From Phoronis australis (Eukaryota; Animalia; Phoronida), in the NCBI GenBank assembly GCA_002633005.1, contig NMRA01000457.1:286145-350144 (forward strand): a DNA stretch of 64,000 nucleotides, given 5' to 3'. Under the pieces are notes generated by a model, which saw only the letters and a list, made by a program, of their open reading frames with translations, was not told where the DNA came from and did no database searches. Made by a program: the position numbers and the translations under genes. How positions within the stretch are numbered: the stretch's first letter is position 1; each line of letters opens with the position of its first letter. Positions 43,101 through 51,817 of this stretch are shown one piece after another.

Positions 43101-45201
43101 AACTTGCCTTGCGCTCTAGAGACTTTCAATGGCGGTCGTGAAGAACAGTAAGGCCGTACCTGCATGAATGAAGTCAATTTTGAAATCCGAAATTTGTGAG
43201 TATTTAACGCTGCAGGTAAGAGCATAATCTAAACATTTTCCCGATGATTTAAAAAATCTGTTTTGGCGCGTAAAAATGGCGGGGTAATTTTGCGACCTGG
43301 CATTTACGAATGCGAGCTGGATTTTGAAAATGCGACCTGGGAATTTGGCTAGGTCGCAAAATGCGACCTGGCGATTTTATTAGCGTCGAGCCCTGCCAAT
43401 ACCTGCCTCAACGTATTAATGTCGTAATATCATAAAATGATGTTCATACATCTTACTCTGGAAGTTACATGACAATCCACGAAGACAATTTAGAGCGTTT
43501 TAGTGATTGCACCTGATGTTATACGATATCATCAATTTTTCGACTCTGGGAAATGTACTTCTGTAAAACTTGGCTGTGAAAGAATTAAGCCTCGCCAACC
43601 TAACGTCTAATCCGTCACCCATGAAGTGCAGAGTTTATTTGGTGTTTGTGAGAATTTCGTCATCAAACATCTTGATGATGAGAATGTCTTCAGTTCCTGC
43701 TTTTGTCAGACCTACCTGGGACATTCCTCCAATCAGAAGAGCCTTTATGAACAGTTGTGGCTTTATTTTCAGCCCAGACATACAATGGTGTGTACATAGC
43801 TTTGGGTGTAGTGGCATCTGTTATCCTGGGTGGTTTGCTATTAGGCCTACTGGTCTGGAAAAGGCAAGTAATTTAATTTATACAGCTGTGTTGTTGTATT
43901 TTTAAATTCGGAAGTTTTCACCTATTAGTGGGTGTTTAACTTCATTAAAGTTGTGTTATGAATTGGGGATGGAAGTTTAAAGGTGGAATGTTGTGAAAAG
44001 CATCAAGGATATACTAGCTGACTACAGGAACAAAAATTATATGTGCGACTAGCTAACAAAAAATTTAAGATTAGTGGCTTCAAGCGGAAGAAAGTTTAGC
44101 TGAAAACTGAAGTTTTGTGTAGTTTTGCTGAGAAAATAAGATTAGTTAATTATAAATATTTTGCAAGTATTCTTTTTTTCTTAATTTGCGTTTTCTCATT
44201 CAGTTTGCATCCAAGTGTCTAATTTTATGTCTTGATAATTTCAGACGCAGAGTGAAGGAGCAAGCTACAGCAGAGATGTCACTCACATATGCTAATCCAA
44301 ATTACCATAACATTAGTATGGAGTCTGTCCAAATGGGGGCAGCGGCAGTGCCATGGCGATTATTTCTTTATGAAAAGCATGAGGTTAGTGATACATCAAA
44401 TTTAACATAATTTAAGTCCCAATTCAAACTCCATCTTGCGTTGTTTTGCAAGAACAAACTCATGGCAGCCATTTTACTCTTGACCTGTAAAATGACAGTC
44501 TTGCAATTCAAATTTTTGTTTCGATTTCTGATCAGATCTGTCAGTTCTTCTTAAACTTAAAAATCACTTCTAAGATGTGTGAGGAATGCATTGAGTCCAG
44601 TTTTGCACTAATTAATGACAAAAGGGGTCATTTAGAAATTGTATATCACTGAAGCTTGGCAGCTTTGTTTTATAATCTCTATAAATGTAAGACACTATTT
44701 CACTTACTAGCGAAATTTATTGTATTACCGTAGTTCAATTTTTCATAAACAATAAGTAACACTGGCAATTAGATTGTTTTTTTACTTGTAACTGTTCTGT
44801 AGCTTCTGTCAGACAACATTTCAGACAAATTGTGGACATTCCATTAAATTGCAAAAAAACTGAAATTCTGTCAAATTTTTCTGATGTTGGTAAGATTTTG
44901 CTTAATAAGAAAGTTTTGAGAGAGTGACCAGTTACTCCAATCTAAAACTATGACTTGGTAATAACAGAACATGATGCTGGATTTCAAATGTAAAAACTGT
45001 TTTTAGGAGCGAGTTTCTATGCTACCAGCGGGAGCATGTTATGGGGATACCCAGAGTGAAGACTACTCCATTAGTAAAGAGAAGTTAAAAGATGAATGTG
45101 ATACCCCTCCGCCATCGCCACCTGTCAGGATCGACAGTAACCATGTGCTGCTTAAGAAACATACGGATACACGTCACGATAGTGATAGTGATAGTGAGTG
45201 A
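7023..45201 (+). CDS. LRP4: LDL receptor-related protein 4 (LRP4/MEGF7) orthologue; 35 exons found, 5' signal-peptide exon not located
   Basis: Manual splicing gives one continuous frame with matching phases: 8 LDL-A, 2 EGF, 4x(YWTD propeller+EGF), stalk, [10 protein letters not shown], stop TGA 45199-45201. This architecture, the extra Cys pair in LDL-A1 (GDCPCIP) and [12 protein letters not shown] match LRP4 rather than LRP5/6 or LDLR. Confidence 0.93.
7646..7768 (+). CDS. LRP4: LRP4 exon, LDL-A repeat 2
   Basis: ttgcag|...|gtaagg; [35 protein letters not shown]. Confidence 0.93.
8160..8273 (+). CDS. LRP4: LRP4 exon, LDL-A repeat 3
   Basis: tttcag|...|gtaaga; [34 protein letters not shown] (absent from the ORF track). 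Confidence 0.93.
9916..10032 (+). CDS. LRP4: LRP4 exon, LDL-A repeat 4
   Basis: tttcag|...|gtaagt; [35 protein letters not shown]. Confidence 0.92.
10299..10424 (+). CDS. LRP4: LRP4 exon, LDL-A repeat 5
   Basis: tgacag|...|gtatgt; [36 protein letters not shown]. Confidence 0.92.
12063..12179 (+). CDS. LRP4: LRP4 exon, LDL-A repeat 6
   Basis: tggtag|...|gtgtgt; [35 protein letters not shown]. Confidence 0.9.
13223..13342 (+). CDS. LRP4: LRP4 exon, LDL-A repeat 7
   Basis: ttgcag|...|gtatgt; [35 protein letters not shown]. Confidence 0.92.
13334..13458 (+). repeat. 40-bp tandem repeat x3 spanning an exon/intron boundary
   Basis: AGGGATGTGGTATGTTTGGCATGGCCAGCCATTATTCTAG, perfect copies. Confidence 0.97.
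15132..15248 (+). CDS. LRP4: LRP4 exon, LDL-A repeat 8
   Basis: ttacag|...|gtgggt; [35 protein letters not shown]. Confidence 0.9.
15591..15762. mobile_element. degenerate hairpin/MITE-like element
   Basis: CTCATAAGCTCCGAA / TTCCGAACTTATGAG and CAGCTGCCTAATATTCATT / AATGAATATTAGGCGGCTG are imperfect inverted arms. Confidence 0.55.
16042..16167 (+). CDS. LRP4: LRP4 exon, EGF-like 1
   Basis: tttcag|...|gtaagt; [36 protein letters not shown]. Confidence 0.93.
16601..16726 (+). CDS. LRP4: LRP4 exon, calcium-binding EGF 2
   Basis: ttgtag|...|gtaagt; [42 protein letters not shown]. Confidence 0.94.
17354..17584 (+). CDS. LRP4: LRP4 exon, propeller 1 (a)
   Basis: tttcag|...|gtattt; [12 protein letters not shown]...NAIALDFHH...FWSD...GLESP. 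Confidence 0.93.
17903..18059 (+). CDS. LRP4: LRP4 exon, propeller 1 (b)
   Basis: ctgtag|...|gtgaga; [23 protein letters not shown]...[11 protein letters not shown]. Confidence 0.93.
18639..19033 (+). CDS. LRP4: LRP4 exon, propeller 1 (c)
   Basis: tcccag|...|gtaagt; FWTDWG...WPNGL...YWAD...YWTDW...[15 protein letters not shown]. Confidence 0.94.
20201..20326 (+). CDS. LRP4: LRP4 exon, EGF-like 3
   Basis: atccag|...|gtaggt; [36 protein letters not shown]. Confidence 0.9.
20660..20868 (+). CDS. LRP4: LRP4 exon, propeller 2 (a)
   Basis: ttctag|...|gtaatg; [19 protein letters not shown]...YWSDV...WDGTGQE. Confidence 0.93.
21623..21810 (+). CDS. LRP4: LRP4 exon, propeller 2 (b)
   Basis: ttttag|...|gtgagg; [20 protein letters not shown]...[11 protein letters not shown]. 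Confidence 0.93.
22891..23092 (+). CDS. LRP4: LRP4 exon, propeller 2 (c)
   Basis: ttttag|...|gtatgc; [14 protein letters not shown]...NLTWPNGL...LYWVD. Confidence 0.93.
23679..23868 (+). CDS. LRP4: LRP4 exon, propeller 2 (d)
   Basis: taccag|...|gtgagt; LPHPFGL...IYWTDW...[15 protein letters not shown]. Confidence 0.93.
24768..24899 (+). CDS. LRP4: LRP4 exon, EGF-like 4
   Basis: ttgcag|...|gtgaga; [38 protein letters not shown]. Confidence 0.93.
25606..25743 (+). CDS. LRP4: LRP4 exon, propeller 3 (a)
   Basis: ctgtag|...|gtacgt; [27 protein letters not shown]...TIAVGVDP. Confidence 0.9.
26426..26530 (+). CDS. LRP4: LRP4 exon, propeller 3 (b)
   Basis: ttgcag|...|gtaagt; [34 protein letters not shown]. 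Confidence 0.9.
26515..26754 (+). repeat. 34-bp tandem repeat x7 spanning an exon/intron boundary
   Basis: CTGCAGACCACCGAGAGTAAGTATGAAGGGTGCT with few substitutions. Confidence 0.97.
27245..27398 (+). CDS. LRP4: LRP4 exon, propeller 3 (c)
   Basis: gtacag|...|gtaggt; [35 protein letters not shown]. Confidence 0.92.
28920..29082 (+). CDS. LRP4: LRP4 exon, propeller 3 (d)
   Basis: tgttag|...|gtacgt; [20 protein letters not shown]...[11 protein letters not shown]. Confidence 0.93.
29462..29601 (+). repeat. 47-bp intronic tandem repeat x3
   Basis: GTGTCTACAAGTTGGCTATTGGCAGAGTGTCATTATGTGTGCCAAGG. Confidence 0.92.
29908..30130 (+). CDS. LRP4: LRP4 exon, propeller 3 (e)
   Basis: tttcag|...|gtaaca; [20 protein letters not shown]. 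Confidence 0.92.
30285..30606 (+). repeat. 74-bp intronic tandem repeat x~4.3
   Basis: TTTCTCATTCTCGTCACAATGCAACTATGACTTGGTTGTGAAACCATCAGTCAATC... recurs every 74 bp. Confidence 0.93.
31283..31408 (+). CDS. LRP4: LRP4 exon, EGF-like 5
   Basis: ttgtag|...|gtgagc; [26 protein letters not shown]. Confidence 0.93.
32488..32665 (+). CDS. LRP4: LRP4 exon, propeller 4 (a)
   Basis: ttacag|...|gtgcac; [22 protein letters not shown]...KIYYTDV. Confidence 0.92.
33699..33811 (+). CDS. LRP4: LRP4 exon, propeller 4 (b)
   Basis: tttcag|...|gtaggg; [13 protein letters not shown]...[16 protein letters not shown]. Confidence 0.92.
34645..34845 (+). CDS. LRP4: LRP4 exon, propeller 4 (c)
   Basis: gtgcag|...|gtaagc; [22 protein letters not shown]. 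Confidence 0.93.
35632..35786 (+). CDS. LRP4: LRP4 exon, propeller 4 (d)
   Basis: tgttag|...|gtaagg; [18 protein letters not shown]...HPFGLTV. Confidence 0.92.
36491..36752 (+). CDS. LRP4: LRP4 exon, propeller 4 (e) plus EGF-like 6
   Basis: ttttag|...|gtagga; YIYWTDW...[26 protein letters not shown]. Confidence 0.93.
36975..37892. other. assembly gap (other gaps at 42400-43032, 54963-55140 and a single N at 3435)
   Basis: runs of N. Confidence 1.
38973..39072 (+). CDS. LRP4: LRP4 exon, Thr/Pro-rich O-linked stalk
   Basis: tttcag|...|gtaagt; [32 protein letters not shown], phases 1-2 fit its neighbours. Confidence 0.8.
39205..39952 (+). mobile_element. Helitron/Helentron-associated non-autonomous element-like repeat; related sequence at ~27450-28280
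   Basis: Starts TTTTATACGCCC, has GTCCGTCCATCC, internal TGAAATTTGGCA repeats, 3' hairpin CAATGC-TTC-GCGTTG and a CTTGTT end. Confidence 0.5.
40625..40671 (+). CDS. LRP4: LRP4 47-nt exon, juxtamembrane Cys loop
   Basis: cttcag|...|gttggt; [15 protein letters not shown] resembles vertebrate LRP4 CSERDARLGLCA (recalled); phases 2-1 fit. Confidence 0.8.
42118..43395. mobile_element. non-autonomous DNA transposon (hAT5-like) spanning a gap
   Basis: TIR CAGGGCTCGAC / GTCGAGCCCTG, 5-bp direct flank CCAAT, subterminal TGCGACCTG/TGCGAGCTG repeats at both ends. Confidence 0.8.
43773..43863 (+). CDS. LRP4: LRP4 transmembrane exon (GC donor)
   Basis: tttcag|...AG|gcaagt; [30 protein letters not shown]. 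Confidence 0.85.
44245..44383 (+). CDS. LRP4: LRP4 cytoplasmic exon with NPxY
   Basis: tttcag|...|gttagt; [22 protein letters not shown]. Confidence 0.88.
45007..45201 (+). CDS. LRP4: LRP4 terminal coding exon (PPPSP, acidic tail)
   Basis: ttttag|GAG; ERVSMLPAG...[13 protein letters not shown]...DSDSDSE-stop; phase 0 matches the previous exon. Confidence 0.78.
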   Translation, partial: ERVSMLPAGACYGDTQSEDYSISKEKLKDECDTPPPSPPVRIDSNHVLLKKHTDTRHDSDSDSE

Positions 45202-45227
45202 TAGTATGAGTAACCAATGCATCAAGT

Positions 45228-46130
45228 ATTGAAAACTAGATGAGTCTTGTCTTGAAACTAGATAAGTCTTATCTCAGTTGCTCAAGTTGGATAAAGCTTG
45301 AATGTCTCAATTATTGAAACTAGACAAGTCTTATCTGAACTATTGAAACTAGACAAAACTTATCTCAACTATTGAAACTAGATGGCAGTAAGTCTTATTG
45401 TAGTAGTTGAAATTAGATAAATCTTGTTTCACCTATTAAAACTCAATGAGACTTATCTCAATTTTTGAAATTAGTAAAGTCTTATCTCAGTCGTTGAAAT
45501 TAATTATGGCCTATCTCATTTGTTGAGACGTGATTAGTCTGATATGAGTTGTTGAAACTAAATAAGTGTCATGTTAATTTTTGAAACGAGATAAGTCGTA
45601 TCTCAAGTGTTGAAATTAAATTAATAGTCCTATCTCAATCGTTGTTACTGGATAAGTTTTTTCGCAGTTATTGAAACTATTAAGTATCCTCTAATTCTTG
45701 AAGTTAGGTAGGGAGTCTTATCTCATTTACAAAAGCTAAGTGCCGAGACGTCATCTTCTCTCGTTGTAGGTGCATAGGGCACAGTAGACGTCCAATGTTG
45801 ATGTATGTAGTTCCAATTTGTTGGAACTCGTGGTGTCTTATTTCAGTGGTTCAAGCTAGACAGTCTTGCCTATGCTGTTAAAGACAAATGTGTCTAGTCT
45901 CTGTGGTTGAAAATAGACACAGTCAAGTCTCCTTTTTCAAAATACTTTGAATTATTGACAGTAGATGCATTTTGCTTTAGTTGTTGAACTTTGAGTCATC
46001 TAGTGTCAGTTGTGGAAACTAAAGACATGCAGTTTCAGTTATTGAATTTGGACATTTTTGGTCTCTGTTGTTGAAAGTACATACTAACTATTAATTTCAG
46101 TATTTGAAACTAAACCATATAGTTTCAGTG
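45228..46130 (+). repeat. degenerate ~29-bp minisatellite in the LRP4 3' UTR
   Basis: Consensus approximately TATTGAAACTAGATAAGTCTTATCTCAAC, decaying toward the 3' end. Confidence 0.85.
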
Positions 46131-46451
46131 TGCTAAAATACCTGGCTGTGATAAAATGGATGTGCAAATAAATGTTTTTAATACTCAACGTTTCGTTAGC
46201 ATTAGCACTGCTAACTTGTTAGTTGTACTTAAGTTTAGTTTTGTAGTACATGCTATGCAGAATTTTGTATATTATTGTTTTGCTGCTGGAAGATTCGTGA
46301 AGTTTGTATCCAATGTTTGTTAGACGTTGGTGTATATCAGGGATATATGTTGTGAATATGTGTTTGTCTCGACACTACTCCTGTTGGAGTGTTTAAATGG
46401 CATGCAAATAATATTTTGAACTTGATGCAAAACAGTTTTGATTATACTAAT

Positions 46452-46681
46452 TATAATGTCCGCTGGAGGCTGTATTCTGCATCTATAATGTCCGCTGGAG
46501 GCTGTATTTTTGCATCTATAATGCCCGCTGGAGGCCGTATTTTTGCATCTATAATGTCCGCTGGAGGCTGTATTCTTGCATCTATAATGTCCGCTGGAGG
46601 CTGTATTTTTGCATCTATAATGCCCGCTGCAGGCCGTATTTTTGCATCTATAATGTCCGCTGGAGGCTGTATTCTTGCATC
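46452..46681 (+). repeat. 33-bp tandem repeat x7
   Basis: TATAATGTCCGCTGGAGGCTGTATTTTTGCATC. Confidence 0.95.
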
Positions 46682-46981
46682 ATTTGAGACAATCAAGCTA
46701 AAAAGACCGTGAGGTTATATGGGTGTGTCATCTTTGACGCTATTTTGATAGGTTGGTAGAAATGCAACTGAAAAAATGTTAATCACTGGTTTGTCTCTTG
46801 GTTATTCTCCATTACAAATGTATCACCACATCAGCTCCTTCCAGTTTGTATTTATACACTGTGTCTCGGTCTGTATTGGTTATTTCTCGACTTTTTTCAC
46901 AGACTCCAAGTTTTTGTAATGCCAAGTTACAGTAAATGTTTTTGTTTGTAATTTTTAAGCTTTCATTGAATAGATCAATAG

Positions 46982-47218
46982 GTTTTTTTTTTTAATTGCA
47001 GGTGGTCTGATACATGTATCAGACGTGCGCAGGCCTCACATGTGGGCCCATTGCACTGATCACCTGGAAAAATATTTTTATGCTTTATTGATGTATGGTT
47101 AAAACCGAGCTGAGGAGCTAGAAACCTGGCTCAAGGGTTTAGCAGTGTGACCTGGTGGGACTTGAACCCACGACCTCGAGTAAAGAAAGCGGGCACTTAT
47201 CAGCCAGGCCACACTGCC
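46982..47218 (-). mobile_element. tRNA-derived SINE
   Basis: Minus strand: GGCAGTGTGGCCTGGCTGAT (A box), GGTTCAAGTCCC (B box), CCTTGAGC downstream, A-rich tail. Confidence 0.75.
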
Positions 47219-49450
47219 TCCTCCTAGGTTTGGTTTGGTATAGACTATAGTCTACATGCCAGATATTTTGCGAGAATGACAATTATGTTTTGTATTTTTA
47301 ATTAGACTGTTTTAAGTCTTTAGGAGGTGTGTCTTTGTACTGTAATGTGTGTGGTCTCAGACAAACATGTTATTCATGATTTGCCTAATATAGAATCTTC
47401 TAAAGCTGCATTACCCCTGTTCAGTTCGGTAAAAAAAAACAAAAAATCGAATTGGGAAATTTCATAAGGTTGCTTGTCTGGGTAGGATTCTATTTGGGAA
47501 ATCCATAACCCATTGGAACATCAAAACAATCGGTGACTGGAGAAAACACTTAAAAGTTAAGGCAATTATGATTGACGAACCTTAAAACTGAGTATTCGAA
47601 AGTGGCACCTGTTGGCATTATCTGTGGCTTGAGTTTTGGACTCATTCTGCAGCAATTTAAAATGAGGTCACTCTGGTGATGCCTTAAACTTTCTAAGCAC
47701 TTCACCAGTAACAGCTAATGTATCTTTAAGTACAGAAGCTACTTTTTACAAAACTTTTGGAAGACTGTAATCTCGGTTGTATGATGTCCAAGATCAAGCT
47801 TTGTACTCTCCTTTTTGTCTAGATTGCCCAGCGGCTGATAACCGTTATTTTGGTCTTAAACCTGATAGGTGTAATCGGGGTTTTCATGGCACTTTGCCAT
47901 CAACCAGTACGCTCCGCGAGTGTGCCTTTTAGTGGTTGAAATATTTGCAGGGACACCACATATTAGTCTATTTATACTTATGTTAAATTTTAAACATTTT
48001 GAGTGTTAGATTTTACAACTTAGATTTTAGTTTTGATAGCTATTCACCTTAACCTGTATTGTGCGTTATCACCTATTGGTTCCGAGGTCATCCTAAGGGT
48101 CTCGGCGCTGACCCTTCTTAGACTGTAAATTGCGAAATGTGTCTTAAATGAATAATATGTGTAATAAAACGCTTTGTATTTTTATAAAAGTTTGTCTGTT
48201 CTTATATCTTAAAAGCGACTAAAAAGCCGGCCTCCTTCCGTCACAAAAACAACAACTTCTGATTTAGACTACTTATCGTCACAATTCTTTGTTCCTAGTC
48301 AGAATTGATGCGATCTCTCAGTGAAAAAATAGAGTTGATAATTGCTTGAGAGCAGTTCTTTTAGTTGGCTGCACGTCATTTTATTCACCGCGCATGATCT
48401 CTAGACATAAGTTCTTTGCAAGACTATAAGTTCATAGTTACCATTTGAGTGATGAAGAAGCCGTCGTGACTTATTTTATAGTGGCATAGTGAGTCTAAAA
48501 TTCAACTGAACACAAAGTTTCATTTGAAAATTGCGTGAATATGTGCCCTTTCAGTGTTCTAAGAATGTTACGATTTGGAAAAATTTCCAAAACTTGAGTA
48601 ATTTTGTACGATTGTAAAATGACCGAGTAGAATTCCTGCATAATTGTGACCTAAACGAGAAAGTTATGAAATTTCCGTGGGCTCAAAATTTTCCTCCCAT
48701 GAAATTATGAAAGTTAAGTGTCTTCTGCTTTGGCATTGAAGCAATTGAATGGTCGCCGGGGCTTGATGCCATGTAGCCTAAATTAGGAAATGTGTACTTA
48801 TCTTGTCAAAGCGGAGATAGTCGAATAGTCTATTGTTAAGGTGATGCACTCCCTAGCAGTGCTTGAGTATGGAAGTCACTTTTTCCTTTGTAACTGTTCG
48901 GTCGTAGCCATTCTGGTTCATACTAGCGTACCTTGTGACCTCAATGTGCTTACACTGCATTACTCGAGTCTTGTATTCATCGAAGCCCCGTGGTCCACGT
49001 GTGAATGTTCTGACATCGAACTTGATGGGCGATAGACGCCGCTAGTGAATCTCGGCTGACTGGCGTGCCGGCTTGAGTCGGCAAGACTGCCTGGACCTAC
49101 GAGTCGGCATCGTGACTTTGGCTGCGTGTAAATACGGTGTTTCGTGATGAATATGGTGCCCGGACATACTGTAGACTTTGGCCATGGATGGAGACTGGGC
49201 TGATAAAATATCATGGACTTGTAACTCAGCGTAGGCGGGTCCAGGGGGTCCGGACCTCTGTTTTTCTCTTGATTTTAGTGATATCAAATCAACAGTTTTC
49301 AAATTGTTTGACTCTCTTTTAAAAAAATCCTTAATTCAATAAAAATCCTGTATCCGGCCCTGGTTAGTAGCCAAAGCTCAACTAGGCTACAAGGCTAGCG
49401 AGCAGTGAGATCCGGGGTGCGTTCGTAGGGACCAGCATACTAGATGCAAC

Positions 49451-49486
49451 CAGGAAGAGATAAGCAGGACTGGTTATCTCTTCCTG
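49451..49486. mobile_element. 36-bp palindromic mini-element with 7-bp flanking direct repeat
   Basis: ATGCAAC-CAGGAAGAGATAA...TTATCTCTTCCTG-ATGCAAC. Confidence 0.65.
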
Positions 49487-49637
49487 ATGCAACTCATGGT
49501 AGCACGTGCTTTGCTTGTTCTGTTTGACAAATCTCGCGAAGACTGTCCAGTCAGGCGGTTTTCAGTTTCTTAAGTTTATGGAACACAGTACCGCATGTAG
49601 AACATGAACCAACACTAGCGTGTATTACCAACGTTAA

Positions 49638-51817
49638 AGGAGAATGCCACCCAAAAACAACCCTACTTTGTATCAATTTAGATCGAGTAGTTCCACTCGA
49701 TAGCAGCAAGTTCAGTTGTTTTACCTGATACCTGACGGCAGACGAAGGTGTTGAAATTAACCAATGACGTAATAGGTTCGAATGCAGTCTTTCCAGCCGT
49801 TCACAACACGCTTATACTGGTGTCAACTTATAGCTTGAATTCATCGCTTTACACCAATAAATCATCGAAATTTGATATAAAAATCTTACAAATACATCGA
49901 GTTCTTGAACAAACGTGTTGTTTTATTTCACTGTTTCGGATTTATACATGACAGCGTTTTTCCGTTCAGTGACTTTACCAGACATAGGGACGGGTTCGAG
50001 CGTGTGATAACATCTAGCTTCTGTGGTAACAGCCAAGTCTTTAGTCTGTTATGACAACGAGCAGGCCAATTATCTACCAGGCTTATTACAGGCCGCGTGT
50101 GAACACAGTCGAACTCAAAGTGAATTGGTGTATTCGGAAAGAATAGATTGTCGTTGCAGTTGGGCGATTGTGGCAATTCAAAAACTAAACGTGATCACCA
50201 TTTGACGAAGATTTCAGAAATGCTATTGGTTTATGTTCAAATATGTTATAACTTTTATTTTTAACAGCACAGCCCAGTTAGGGTAGATACGATCTTATTG
50301 GAGATTAGAGCAATTATCGAAAAAAGAGAGCTGGCCCTCCAACCATGAATTCCAGAATGGAGTTAATCAGTCGTGTAACAGATTGGCTACAGGGGTAAAC
50401 TTCCCAACTTCTTGTTGGGCTATAGAATCACACAAGTTGGGAGCAACGAGAAAACGCCGTAATGGGTAATTAAATGTATCGTTGCCTACAGAGTTCGGTA
50501 CTTGGTAGGCCAATTTACCAAGGTCGATCGTGGGAGTTTGGGTGTGTTTGGTGATAAATTCGAATTATTCCTCCGTGATATACTGACAGGAGAATATAGC
50601 TGTGTGTTGCAGTTTTAGACTTGTGATTTTCTTCAGTTCTAAACACACAAAAAGGTTGTTATCCCAGCCAGTGGCTCGGAACCCGATCACTGAGTCCCGT
50701 CGCGGCCGCCGGGACTGGACATCACAAACATAAACAAGCTTAAGTTGGAAACTAAACCTCCATTCTCGACAAGACTATAATAGTGAGCCAAAGAAACAAT
50801 GTGCTCATAATTATTTTGGTGAATTAGCCCCGAAACTGAAAATGTACTTACTTGTCGGGGGCTGCAAAGTTAGGCTCCCCTTCCACACAACCGTCAGGGC
50901 AAAAGTTGTACAGTAACAATGATTTGAATAATGTATTTGTATATCTAAATAAAGATTCCCCTAACATGTGACCATAGCATATAAAATCGAGTTTTAGTTT
51001 CTCAACAGCTTTCTATCAGCAAAAATTGTATTAGCATGCGCTCACACGGCCTCGGTGCCCGGTCAATTACCTTTATTGCATCTAAAGCCGGTAACGCTGT
51101 GGTTTATTCATTGCTGGCTTCTCAAAACATTTGCACTCACGAATACTCCAAAGGCATTGCAAATTGTATCTAATGAGACAGACTTCGTTTCAGTTTTATA
51201 TAAACATTTGTTAGGGTGAGAATAATTCATTTTGAAACAACGCAGAATAATAACCGTCAACATGGCAACTCGCAATCCCGACTTATACGAGAGAGAATCC
51301 GACGTAGACTTCACAGCTAGGTCGATCGTTAGGTTTCACAGGCTATCAATTCGAATCGGAATACACTGATCAAGAAATACCAGAGAGGCCCCGTGAACAC
51401 TGCTGATTGGGTAGTTCTTTGTTAAGCCATCATTCGTCATAGAAATCATTGTCTACGAAATGCCGGCCACAGACACGGAGACGTTTCACGGCCTCATACT
51501 TGCTATTAACAGTGTAATTTTCATTCTTCACTACCGCGAGCCACTTCCTAAACATTTCAGGCTCTTAAGGAGGTCGAAAAAACTATATACCAACTTTCTT
51601 CGCAGCTTCATATTTCTGATAAGCGGGGACGATGTAGCGCAACATAGCGGCATTCACTTTGCAGATGAACCACTGACGTCGCTGTGTTGTTTCTCACCTT
51701 CCTCATAGGTTAAGGCGACACCTCTCGGCAAGGTAAGGTCGACCGTATGCGAGGCGATGTGGATATAGACCGATTAAGACGGTAAAAAAGACTAATTATA
51801 TCGGGTGGCATTCTCCT
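49638..51817. mobile_element. Kolobok-like non-autonomous DNA transposon (~2.2 kb)
   Basis: TTAA-AGGAGAATGCCACCC ... GGGTGGCATTCTCCT-TTAA: perfect 15-bp TIR, TTAA TSD, no transposase ORF. Confidence 0.8.

Noticed and set aside
7023-45201. Assignment as LRP5/6, LRP1/2 or vitellogenin receptor
   Set aside because: Eight N-terminal LDL-A repeats followed by four consecutive propellers, with no membrane-proximal LDL-A cluster, fit LRP4
45228-46130. CRISPR-like ATTGAAAC repeats
   Set aside because: Units are contiguous and degenerate with no unique spacers, there are no cas genes, and the context is eukaryotic
46389-46712. 11-aa repeat ORFs on both strands
   Set aside because: Explained by the 33-bp repeat; no splice or homology support
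47140-47218. tRNA gene
   Set aside because: A and B boxes are present but the cloverleaf is poor and it continues into a SINE body and tail
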